Part shown: one piece after another, positions 38,123 through 46,592 of the stretch
How positions within the stretch are numbered: the stretch's first letter is position 1
How the letters are laid out: the number at the start of each line of letters is the position of its first letter
Program-made: the position numbers and the translations under genes
Notes under the pieces: model-generated
What the model saw: only the letters and a program-made list of their open reading frames with translations
The model's database searches: none
Told to the model about the DNA's origin: nothing
Source of the DNA: an uncultured Pseudomonadota bacterium
Lineage (GTDB): Bacteria > Oederibacteriota > Muellerivitia > Muellerivitales > Muellerivitaceae
Length of the DNA: 64,000 bases
Direction: 5' to 3'
NCBI GenBank assembly: GCA_963770835.1
Contig: CAVYRH010000007.1
Span: 64,001-128,000, forward strand

Positions 38123-39109
38123 TTATTTTTTGGATGGCGTCGGTAAGGGAGTTGGCTTAGCTTTTATGCGGCTGTCCTTCTTCTTGAGTCCGGGCACACT
38201 GATCCCCATCTGGGCCGCAGCCACCCCCATGGTGCCCTTCATGGGGATGAAGTAAACCGGAATGTATTTCTTGGAATGAACCCGCCCCCGGCTGTCCATC
38301 CGGTAAACGTAAAGCACCTGGTTGTGTTTGAAGGGCTGGCCGATGGGAATGATGATGCGGCCCCCCTTTTTGAGCTGGTTGAACAGGGGAGGCGGCACAA
38401 ACTGGGCCACGCAGGTGAACATGATGATGTCGAATCCTCCTACGTCCTTCCACCCGTAATAGCCGTCCCCCACGCGGGTGTGGACGTTCTTTAAGTCCAG
38501 TGGCTTGAAAACGTGCGATACGGCCTGTCCCAGGGGTTTGATGATCTCGATGGAATAGGCGTCCTTAACCATCCTGGAAAGCAGGGAAATATTAAATCCG
38601 CTGCCGGTCCCGACTTCCAACACGGTTTCCTTCGAAGTAGGATGGGCCAACTGGGCCATATAGGCCTGCCCCTCGTAATCGCTCAAGGCTGAGCCCCAAC
38701 CCAGGGCCCAGGTACGGGGCGGATATTCGTAAGCGGTCTTCGAAAAGTCCTGCTCGTCCTGGTACTCGTAATGGTAATACTCGCGGGGGAGGTCCTCGAA
38801 GGCCTTCATGACCCTCGGATCGGCCCAGCCGAACTTCCGCGTCAGGTAGCGGCGAATATCCTTTAAATATGCGTCCTTACGCCCCTGAACACGGGTGAAT
38901 TCCTGTGCTGTCAGGTGAGTCACCCGTCCGCTTTTCTTGAACGCCTTCAGGTATTTTTTATAGGTCCAACCCTGATCGGCGGGGGTTTTCGGCTTCGGGT
39001 CCCCGTTCGCTAGTGCCGCCGGGGCAAAGCTGGACAGCAATGCCAAACCTCCAACAAAAGTTAAAAGAATCATCCGCCAATTCGTGATTGTGAATTTTCG
39101 ATTGTTCAT
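38123..39109 (-). CDS. Protein-L-isoaspartate O-methyltransferase-like protein with an N-terminal signal peptide
   Basis: ATGA overlap with the upstream gene; signal ending AALA; DPRVMKAF, VLEVGTGSG, GDGYYGW, QLKKGGRIIIPIG, VYFIPM. Confidence 0.85.
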   Translation of the reverse strand: MNNRKFTITNWRMILLTFVGGLALLSSFAPAALANGDPKPKTPADQGWTYKKYLKAFKKSGRVTHLTAQEFTRVQGRKDAYLKDIRRYLTRKFGWADPRVMKAFEDLPREYYHYEYQDEQDFSKTAYEYPPRTWALGWGSALSDYEGQAYMAQLAHPTSKETVLEVGTGSGFNISLLSRMVKDAYSIEIIKPLGQAVSHVFKPLDLKNVHTRVGDGYYGWKDVGGFDIIMFTCVAQFVPPPLFNQLKKGGRIIIPIGQPFKHNQVLYVYRMDSRGRVHSKKYIPVYFIPMKGTMGVAAAQMGISVPGLKKKDSRIKAKPTPLPTPSKK

Positions 39110-41616
39110 GAGCGCCTCAATGGGTTGGCTGGTTTTGGGTTGGCAAGGGCCATGGGAAAGGAGAGGAAGGCCAGACCGTAAAGGAGAAGTCCCAGGACGA
39201 TTAAAAGCCGGTAACCGGCGGAAATGGCCAACAGATTGGCCAGTGGCGTGGCCACGACCGAAAAGGCGCCGTTCAAGGCCCAGGCCCAGGGAATGAGGCC
39301 GCTTTCCCGGGGGAGGCGGGTTAGCCCGAGGGGAAAGAAAAAGCCCAAGGGAACGGAAGCCAATGCGGACCAGGCAACCAGGAACAGGCACTTGGCCAAA
39401 AGCGGCCAGGAAAGCAGGGCTCCCAGAGTCCAATTGAACAGGAGGAGGGTTAAAAGAAGCCAGGCCCCCAGGATGATGGCGGCGGCGCGCAGGCCCGTTT
39501 GCGGGTTTCTAAGGTAACGGTTGGAAAGCCAGCTTCCCAGGCCGGTAAAGACCAGCATGGCCGCGAGGATCACGGAAAAAGAATAGGTGCGATCCCCGAG
39601 GAAATAAGCCCCCTTCTCGATCAGGAAAATTTCGATAAGGAGGAAACCCAATCCCAAACAGGAAAAATAAAGCAGGGATTTAAAGACCTGCGAAATGGGG
39701 AAGGAACCCCGGTGGGGCCTCAGCCAGGGTAGGACCAGTACCAAAAGGGCCCAAAGCAGGGATTGCAGGAGCACCGCGATGTTGATCAGATAACCGATCT
39801 CCTCCCGGGGAATCTGGGAAATGTTTTGGATGATTTCCTGTAGGTGCGAAAGGCGGAGCACCGAATAAAAGAAGGGGCGGTCCTGGGTGGAAGGCCGTAG
39901 GTTGAAAAAATGGGTTTTGAGAAAATCTGGACCCTGGGTGGAAAGAAGCTTGGTGCTGTCGTCCATCAGGGCATCGGAAGCATCCTTGGGCGCGGTAACG
40001 TCTTCTTCGCCCCACACCGTGGGAGGGAGATCGTTGAAGATTTCCGACTGCCCGGGAACAATGCCGGGGAAATAGGAAATGTCGAAGGAACGAAGGTCGC
40101 AAAAGGACTTTAGGGCCGCAAGCTCCTGGTCATTCCAGGGGTCCTTGGATACCAGGAGGCGGGCATTCCAAGCGGAGCGGTAAAAGACAAGGTGGGAAGC
40201 GGGGTCCTTTACCCCGAGGCCGTCCAGGGCCTCGCGGGCGGTTTCCAAAAGCTTCAGGGCATAGACCGTGAACTCGCGGATATTCACCGGCAGGGAAATC
40301 AATCCACCGGGGTTTAGGGACTGGTAATAGCGTTGCAGGGCTTCCGTGGTGAAGGCGTATTTATTGGCGTCGGCCTGGTCGAGGAATTCCGAGGAAACGT
40401 CGATGATGTCAAAACCCTTCTTGGACGCGGCCAAATAGGATTCGGGGGCTTGGCGCAGGAGTGTCACACTATTGTTTTTGAGCCAGTGTTTTTCGTTGTC
40501 GGCCATAGGACCCATGATGAGTTTCAATAGGTTGGGGTCGCTTTCCAAGGCTACCAAGTCTGCAGCCTTGTAACTCAAAGCCTCCCCAATGCGGAAGCCT
40601 CCCCTTGTACCGATTAAAAGACTGCGGCTACCGGGTTTAAGGATATAAGGAAAAATATCCAGGGCGGCTTTGGCATAGGAAAGATCAGCCTTGGGGCTTT
40701 TAGGGAAAGAACTGATCCGGTTGCCGTCCAGGTAGAGGCCATAGGCCCTCGGTGGCCCGTCCACCTTCAACAGGACGTAGTTGTTGGAAAGGTCGATATC
40801 GAGGCGTTCGGTGAAATTGTCCAAGATCATGTAGTAGCCCCAAGGTGAGAACACCTTATGTTTCACTGTGGCATCGGCAACATTGAGGGCTGGCGTGATC
40901 ATTTTGTATTGGCAGAACCGGGCCTTGTTCATCTTCACGGCGGAAACCTCCCCCGCCAAAAAGACGAGAGCCACGGCCATCCAGCCGATCCAGGCTTTGG
41001 ACTGGAACCGGGCGCGGGGCTGGGCCAAAAGGGATGCCAGGCCCCAAAAAGGGATCAAGGTGCACAAAAGGTAAAAGGGGTAGACCCAAAACATGGCCAG
41101 CAGGATGAACAAAGCCCCGGCGCCCGCCCCCACCAGGTCGGCGGCGTAAACCGAGGCGATTTTCTCATTCGTCAAGGCAAGGAAGCTCAGGCTGATATAA
41201 AGGCCCGAGAGGAAAAAGACGGGAAAGAGGGCGGCGTAGTATTTAGCGATGTTTTGGAATTGATCCATCCAAAGGTCCGGATTCTGGAATTCCAGCGGAT
41301 TAAAGGTATTGAGGGTCACCAGGTAAAAGCCCAAGCAAGCCAGGGGTGGCAGGAAGAGCGGGATAAAGAAAAAGAAACGGTGGGCGTGCCGGAAGAAAAA
41401 ATCCCGGAAGAGGCTCAAGACCACCCCGCTGGCGGAATAACCGGCCATGGCGATGGAAATGACCCAGTAACCGTACTCGGACCAACTGGCAATGGCGAAA
41501 TAACGGGTGAGCAGGATCTCAAAGCCGATGCTAGCCGCCGAAACCGCGAAAAGCGCGGCTAGGAGCTGGCGGCCCGGTTTAGAAAGTTGGGTGCGACCCT
41601 CAAGATTTAATGGCAT
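39106..41616 (-). CDS. Polytopic membrane protein with a central spermidine-synthase-like SAM-fold domain
   Basis: About 7 N-terminal and 7 C-terminal TMs; LLIGTRGG, ALESDP, FDII, DRPFF, PWAWALNG. Confidence 0.8.
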   Translation of the reverse strand: MPLNLEGRTQLSKPGRQLLAALFAVSAASIGFEILLTRYFAIASWSEYGYWVISIAMAGYSASGVVLSLFRDFFFRHAHRFFFFIPLFLPPLACLGFYLVTLNTFNPLEFQNPDLWMDQFQNIAKYYAALFPVFFLSGLYISLSFLALTNEKIASVYAADLVGAGAGALFILLAMFWVYPFYLLCTLIPFWGLASLLAQPRARFQSKAWIGWMAVALVFLAGEVSAVKMNKARFCQYKMITPALNVADATVKHKVFSPWGYYMILDNFTERLDIDLSNNYVLLKVDGPPRAYGLYLDGNRISSFPKSPKADLSYAKAALDIFPYILKPGSRSLLIGTRGGFRIGEALSYKAADLVALESDPNLLKLIMGPMADNEKHWLKNNSVTLLRQAPESYLAASKKGFDIIDVSSEFLDQADANKYAFTTEALQRYYQSLNPGGLISLPVNIREFTVYALKLLETAREALDGLGVKDPASHLVFYRSAWNARLLVSKDPWNDQELAALKSFCDLRSFDISYFPGIVPGQSEIFNDLPPTVWGEEDVTAPKDASDALMDDSTKLLSTQGPDFLKTHFFNLRPSTQDRPFFYSVLRLSHLQEIIQNISQIPREEIGYLINIAVLLQSLLWALLVLVLPWLRPHRGSFPISQVFKSLLYFSCLGLGFLLIEIFLIEKGAYFLGDRTYSFSVILAAMLVFTGLGSWLSNRYLRNPQTGLRAAAIILGAWLLLTLLLFNWTLGALLSWPLLAKCLFLVAWSALASVPLGFFFPLGLTRLPRESGLIPWAWALNGAFSVVATPLANLLAISAGYRLLIVLGLLLYGLAFLSFPMALANPKPANPLRRS

Positions 41617-41641
41617 TTCAAAACCTCTTTTATTTCCAAAT

Positions 41642-43822
41642 TCAAGGACGGGCGGGCATTTGGCCCACGTTCGTCATTCCCCCATTGGGAGCAGCCGTTG
41701 CCGCCGGTTTAGGGGTGTGAGTCGGAATGCCAGCCGGGTAGCGGGTGGCCTGCCTCAGGAAATTCCTCAAAGCATTATTAAAATGGTCCGGATCGTCGAC
41801 AAACAAGGCATGTCCCGTATTTTCAAATATTTCCACCCTGGATAGGGGGGCCAGATGGCTCAGGTAATCGGCCTGAAACGCGAATTTGGGAGTGACCGCG
41901 TAAAGCAGGGGTACTTGGCGCAGGGTTTGGATGCTGGGTTGCCAGCTGTCACCCGGGAAGACGTTATTCATCAAGGACAAGGCGATATCCGGGGGCGTCA
42001 GAAGGGCGGATTGGTTCAAGTCCCTCGTAAAGTCCGCAGGGGGCGGGTTTTTGAACAGGCCCCATATAAAACCGCGGAGGGCACCCTCCCTGTCTTTCTT
42101 GAATTGTTCCAGGAACTTCGCTTGCCGCGTATTGGCGGCAGGCATAGAAGAAGCGGCCCCTAAGGAGGAATCCACCAAGACCACGGCATAAAGGCGGTCG
42201 GTGCCGAATTCACTCAAGTAGGACAGGACATGAAAGGCTCCATGGGACCAGCCAACCAAAACAACCGAATTAACCTGAAGATGATCGAACAATTCCTGGA
42301 TGTCCCTGGCTTGGCGAAGGGGTTCGTCCCCCTGGGGGGTCATATCCGATAGGCCTTGGGAACGGGGGTCCAAAGCCACCACATGATAGTTCGCGGATAA
42401 AGCTTGCAATTGGAGCTTCCAGATTTCCGCGGGCAAAAGCCAGCCGGGTATAAATACCAAGGTCAGTCCATGACCCGCCTCCAAGTAATGAAGTTTCACA
42501 TGATCGCTGGTGGTGAAATAACCATCGTGGATCGGGCTGCCGGAGGCCTCTTCGAATATCTTCGGCCGGCGGTAAGGGAGATTTGCTGCTGGAGTAGCCG
42601 AGATGGAGCCGGGAGTAAAAGTGGGGGCCGGAGGAGCCTTTAGGGGAATCCGCGTTGGAATGGGGGTGGAAGTGGGGTGAGGGATGTGAGTTGAAGTAGG
42701 ACGAGGTTTAAAGACCGGCCGTGAAGTAGGTGTTGGGCTGGGGTTGGAAATCAAAACGATCTTTGCAGTCGGACGGGGGAGAACCGGGGGAGTGGTCGTT
42801 GGAGTGGGGCGAAGCTTTGGTTTCGGGCGAGGGGTTGGGGTAGGGCTGAGTTTTAGAACTGAAACAACTGTAGTCGTCGGTTGAGGAGTGGCTGGCAGCA
42901 AGCCCACCACCCTGGGCCTTAAGGATGAAGGAAGACCAGGTGGATACAAGGTGTTTTGCCTCAGAAAATCCCGGAGCAGGGCATTGAAGCGTTTTGATTC
43001 ATCAACGAATAGGGCGTGGCCGCAGTTTTCAAAAGATTCGATCCTGGCTTGGGGGTCTACTTGTTGCAGATACTGGGCTTGCGAGGCATAAGTCGGAGTG
43101 ATGATGTAAAGAAGGGATATTTGGCGCAGGGCTTGGAGGCTGGGTTCCCAAGCGTCACCTGGACGGACGTTGTCCAGGATGGCCAAGGCGGTATCGGTCG
43201 GCACACGCGCTTCCGCTTGAGCCAATTTTTTATATAAACCGGGGGGCAGGGGTTTCTTGAACAAACTCCATACATAGTCGGGGCCGGTATGTTCCCGGTC
43301 GTTTTGAAACCGTAGCAGGAAGGGGCTGCGTTGGGCAGGGGCGGCGCCCGAAGGGGCGGCGAGGGGGCTGTCCACCAACACCAAAGCATTGACCTTATCG
43401 GGTCCGAACTGGCGCAGATAGGCCATGGCATCAAAGGCGCCCAAAGACCAACCCACAAGGACCACGGAATCAATGTGAAGATAATTCAATAATTCGCTGA
43501 TGTCTTTAGAACGCCTTGAGGGATCGTTGCCTTGGGGGGTGATGTCGGACCCGCCTTGGGACCGGGGATCTAAGGCTACCACGTGATAATCCTTTGAGAG
43601 ATCATTGATTTGAAGTTCCCAGATATCCGCCGACATCATCCAACCGGGAACAAAGAGGATGGACTCACCGCGACCCGCTTCCAGATAATGGAGCTTTGCC
43701 CCGTCGCTGGTAGTAAAAAAGCCATCGTGGATGGATTGTTGCGCGAAGGCGGGAGTAGCAAGTGTCAATGTCAGCAGGGTGGCCGCTTTGGCGACTTTTT
43801 TGAGCCGGGCGCTGGAAGGCAT
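41642..43822 (-). CDS. Exported tandem double alpha/beta hydrolase with a Pro/Thr-rich linker
   Basis: Signal ending AFA; two near-duplicate domains with PGW, LDPRSQG, GWSLG/GWSHG and GHALF. Confidence 0.88.
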   Translation of the reverse strand: MPSSARLKKVAKAATLLTLTLATPAFAQQSIHDGFFTTSDGAKLHYLEAGRGESILFVPGWMMSADIWELQINDLSKDYHVVALDPRSQGGSDITPQGNDPSRRSKDISELLNYLHIDSVVLVGWSLGAFDAMAYLRQFGPDKVNALVLVDSPLAAPSGAAPAQRSPFLLRFQNDREHTGPDYVWSLFKKPLPPGLYKKLAQAEARVPTDTALAILDNVRPGDAWEPSLQALRQISLLYIITPTYASQAQYLQQVDPQARIESFENCGHALFVDESKRFNALLRDFLRQNTLYPPGLPSSLRPRVVGLLPATPQPTTTVVSVLKLSPTPTPRPKPKLRPTPTTTPPVLPRPTAKIVLISNPSPTPTSRPVFKPRPTSTHIPHPTSTPIPTRIPLKAPPAPTFTPGSISATPAANLPYRRPKIFEEASGSPIHDGYFTTSDHVKLHYLEAGHGLTLVFIPGWLLPAEIWKLQLQALSANYHVVALDPRSQGLSDMTPQGDEPLRQARDIQELFDHLQVNSVVLVGWSHGAFHVLSYLSEFGTDRLYAVVLVDSSLGAASSMPAANTRQAKFLEQFKKDREGALRGFIWGLFKNPPPADFTRDLNQSALLTPPDIALSLMNNVFPGDSWQPSIQTLRQVPLLYAVTPKFAFQADYLSHLAPLSRVEIFENTGHALFVDDPDHFNNALRNFLRQATRYPAGIPTHTPKPAATAAPNGGMTNVGQMPARP

Positions 43823-44159
43823 TGAGTTTCTCCCTGTTGAGTGTAAAAAAGGCTGGGGGGATTGAAGCGGCGAAAAAGAGTTTACCTGTTCGTTTCTGAA
43901 AAGGGAATGTTTTAAAGATTCTATAAAAGAATTTAAGTGATAACCCTTCGCGTGAACTCGAGGAAGAAATACCGTTAAACGAAAAACTGGTTAAACTTTT
44001 TTCTGCGGAAAATTTCAAGCTAAAATTTACTTTGTCCGCGACGGGGATCCGTTCAACATGCTCATGGCGGGCTGTATTGGACAATCGAGAGGAGGGATTT
44101 TACTAGGACCCATTTTATTGGCTATTTCATTTGAATTTATGAGGCGTTAAAATACCGAC

Positions 44160-44648
44160 ATGTTTTCTCGCGTTCCACTTTATTGTGTTTTGTTTCTAGC
44201 CCTGCTATGGGCCTGCCCTCTTGCGGGTTGGGCACAATTGTCCATTCCTGACGAGCATTCCTCCGAGTACGAAACCTTAAACCAGGGAGGTTTTGCAAGA
44301 CCCTATGAGTACGAACGCCAAGCCTATGGCTATGACCCCGAAGGAGTGGAGTACCATGAAAATCAATCAGAAGATTTTCAGGTCATCTTCATTACCTCGG
44401 CCCCTTTTGCCGCCGGAGCCAGTTTTCTTTTGACCGGCATGGTTTCCTTGGCCACGACCGGTAATTTTCAGGTGGGCGGTAATTATTTCCTGCCGTTCCT
44501 GGGGCTAACTTTAACGGGTACCACGACCATTGCTTGTGTTTCGGTTTTAACCAATAAATATCCGCCGCCCGGAACCACCTATGTCGATGGTTCCGGGGCC
44601 CCGAGACCATTAGCCTTCAATGTGCCTCTGATAACGGCGAAATTCTAA
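44160..44648 (+). CDS. Hypothetical exported/membrane protein
   Basis: Signal peptide plus two hydrophobic segments. Confidence 0.6.
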   Translation: MFSRVPLYCVLFLALLWACPLAGWAQLSIPDEHSSEYETLNQGGFARPYEYERQAYGYDPEGVEYHENQSEDFQVIFITSAPFAAGASFLLTGMVSLATTGNFQVGGNYFLPFLGLTLTGTTTIACVSVLTNKYPPPGTTYVDGSGAPRPLAFNVPLITAKF

Positions 44649-44651
44649 CGA

Positions 44652-44728
44652 CAGCTGGAAGTTGTCAGCTGTCAGAAACGTATTAAAAGATTAACCTGAA
44701 AACTGATAACTAAAAGCTGATAGCTGTC
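44652..44728. repeat. 7-nt-periodic hairpin element, copy F
   Basis: cagctgg aagttgt cagctgt cag ... ctgaaaa ctgataa ctaaaag ctgatag ctgtc; starts 4 nt after a stop. Confidence 0.8.
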
Positions 44729-44820
44729 TTTGGAAAGAATTTTGTTGGGGGTTTTGCCAATCGGGTTAAAATAAGGACCTCCCAAAAAGACTGTTCATTA
44801 ATAAACCAAGGAGCTTTGGC

Positions 44821-45681
44821 ATGATCAAGTGGCTTCCGGCGTTCCTCTTTCTTTTGGCAACAGGAGTTCTTTTCGCCCAGGACATGCCACCCCTGCCGCC
44901 CTTGCCGAACCAGGGCCAAGCCACCGCTCCTGCAACAACCGCGCCCCCGGCGGCGGCCGCACCTTCGGACAACAACTCCTCACCGGCCCTGCCACCCCTA
45001 CCTGGCCAGGCTCCCGTCACCACTGCGGCTCCACCGACAGCTCCCCCGCTTCCGGGGCAACCAGCGACAACTGCACCTGCAACGACTGGTGCTCCTCCTT
45101 TGCCGGGGGACAACAATCCAACCACAATCATCCCCGCCGTACCCTCGACCGAGACAGCCCCTGGAACGGAGACAATGCCGACAAAAAAAACAGCGTCTAA
45201 GTCAAATCCCTATCTTGTTTCCAAGTACCGTCCGAATGTGATATTTGGGGGATGGGTGAAGGCCAAGGGGGGGAATGAAACATCCCGTATGGCCTGGACT
45301 TCCCAGGAAATCCTGAACACATTGATTTTCAAAAAATATGAGTTGCTAAGTCCAGCCGAGGGAAAACCCGAGGAAGGAAATTACGAGGGGCAGGAAGGGA
45401 GACAATGGCGCGAATTCAATTTCACTGTCCCCAAGTCCAAATTGGCCGTACAGGTATATATACGGCAGGACGCCAATAAAAAAGTATGGATGCGGGTGGG
45501 GCCGGATGAGGCGGTATTTCCTGAAGCCACGTCACTGGCCCAGGCTAAAAAGGAGCGGCAGGCGGACTTGGTGGTCCTTCACCTGCTTCAAAAGAAATTC
45601 GGCCGCCGGCTTACCCCCAACCGGGTTGTGGCCAGTTGGGATGCGCCTTACCGTTATTCCATGGCAACGGCGGATAAGTAA
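44821..45681 (+). CDS. Exported protein with repeated PPLPG units
   Basis: SD AAGGAG, signal peptide, about four (P)PLP(G)-type repeats, then a globular C-terminus. Confidence 0.7.
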   Translation: MIKWLPAFLFLLATGVLFAQDMPPLPPLPNQGQATAPATTAPPAAAAPSDNNSSPALPPLPGQAPVTTAAPPTAPPLPGQPATTAPATTGAPPLPGDNNPTTIIPAVPSTETAPGTETMPTKKTASKSNPYLVSKYRPNVIFGGWVKAKGGNETSRMAWTSQEILNTLIFKKYELLSPAEGKPEEGNYEGQEGRQWREFNFTVPKSKLAVQVYIRQDANKKVWMRVGPDEAVFPEATSLAQAKKERQADLVVLHLLQKKFGRRLTPNRVVASWDAPYRYSMATADK

Positions 45682-45895
45682 CACCAAGGCAAATGGTAAT
45701 GCCAAACCACATGGCCGCTTATTTGCTTTTTGGCATAGGATTCTGTGGATTGTTGTTTTCACTGGGCCGGACTTATTACTTGCTTCGAAAGTCGAGAAAA
45801 GAGCGGGAGTCGAGGGGGATACGGCCCCGTCATTAAGAGCATTGCCAGTCAATCACCAAAATCGATAATTATTTAAGTTTTAGGGAGGAACCATC

Positions 45896-46369
45896 ATGTC
45901 AGCCCGCAAGGAAGCGCCAGTTACGGATTTCTTAAAGGAAGTCAGCCTTTTCGACGGCATTCAGGATAAAGCTTTAAGTCAAATCTTCAAGTTGGGTAAA
46001 GTCCAGAATTTCAAGACTGGACAAGCCATCATCGAAGAGGGCCAGCCAGGAGGCAGCCTTCATATTATGATCAACGGGCGGGCCGAGGTTTCGAAATCCG
46101 GGAAGGAACCGGGTGATAAAAAATATTTAGCGGATCTCAACCGTGGTTCCATCTTTGGCGAGATGAGCGTGTTTGATGACGCGCCTTATTCCGCCACAGT
46201 CAAGGCGCGGGAGGATTGCTCCGTGCACGTGATCAAAGGCGAGGACTTCAAGAAATTCCTCAAGAAGAATCCCGATGTGGCTTATGAAGTTTTTTGTACC
46301 TTGATCAGCCTTATTTCCAGCCGCTTGCGGCGCACCAACCTGGCTTTTTCACTTCTCGAGTTCAATTAA
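45896..46369 (+). CDS. Standalone cyclic-nucleotide-binding domain protein (variant cassette)
   Basis: IFGEMSVFDDAPYSATVKA; SD GGAGG. Confidence 0.88.
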   Translation: MSARKEAPVTDFLKEVSLFDGIQDKALSQIFKLGKVQNFKTGQAIIEEGQPGGSLHIMINGRAEVSKSGKEPGDKKYLADLNRGSIFGEMSVFDDAPYSATVKAREDCSVHVIKGEDFKKFLKKNPDVAYEVFCTLISLISSRLRRTNLAFSLLEFN

Positions 46370-46372
46370 CGG

Positions 46373-46460
46373 CAGTCTTCAGCTATCAGTTGTCGGTCCT
46401 CAGCAAGGCCGAGCCCTGAAAATTCACCTAAGAGGTGTCAGCTGATAACCGCCGATTGCC
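46373..46460. repeat. 7-nt-periodic hairpin element, copy G
   Basis: cagtctt cagctat cagttgt cggtcct cagc ... gtgtcag ctgataa ccgccga ttgcc; starts 4 nt after a stop. Confidence 0.75.
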
Positions 46461-46485
46461 TCTATATTTGGTAGCCGAAAAGCCC

Positions 46486-46514
46486 TTGCCATCTACTGGT
46501 GGGGATGGTACATT
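46486..46514 (+). promoter_or_regulatory. sigma70-like promoter for the smc operon
   Basis: TTGCCA-N17-TACATT with an extended TGn. Confidence 0.55.
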
Positions 46515-46592
46515 CGTGATTTGAAGGCCTTTCCAACGCATTTCCACGCATTTCATGACTTTTAAAAACTAGTTCTTTCCGGAGACTGCCGG

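Noticed and set aside
39110..39433. N-terminal extension of the PIMT-like ORF
   Set aside because: It overlaps the upstream membrane gene; the ATGA overlap at 39106-39109 marks the likely start.
1845..46460. Heptamer and 9-mer repeats as CRISPR arrays
   Set aside because: Units are 7-9 nt, degenerate and inverted, with no unique spacers and no cas genes in the window.
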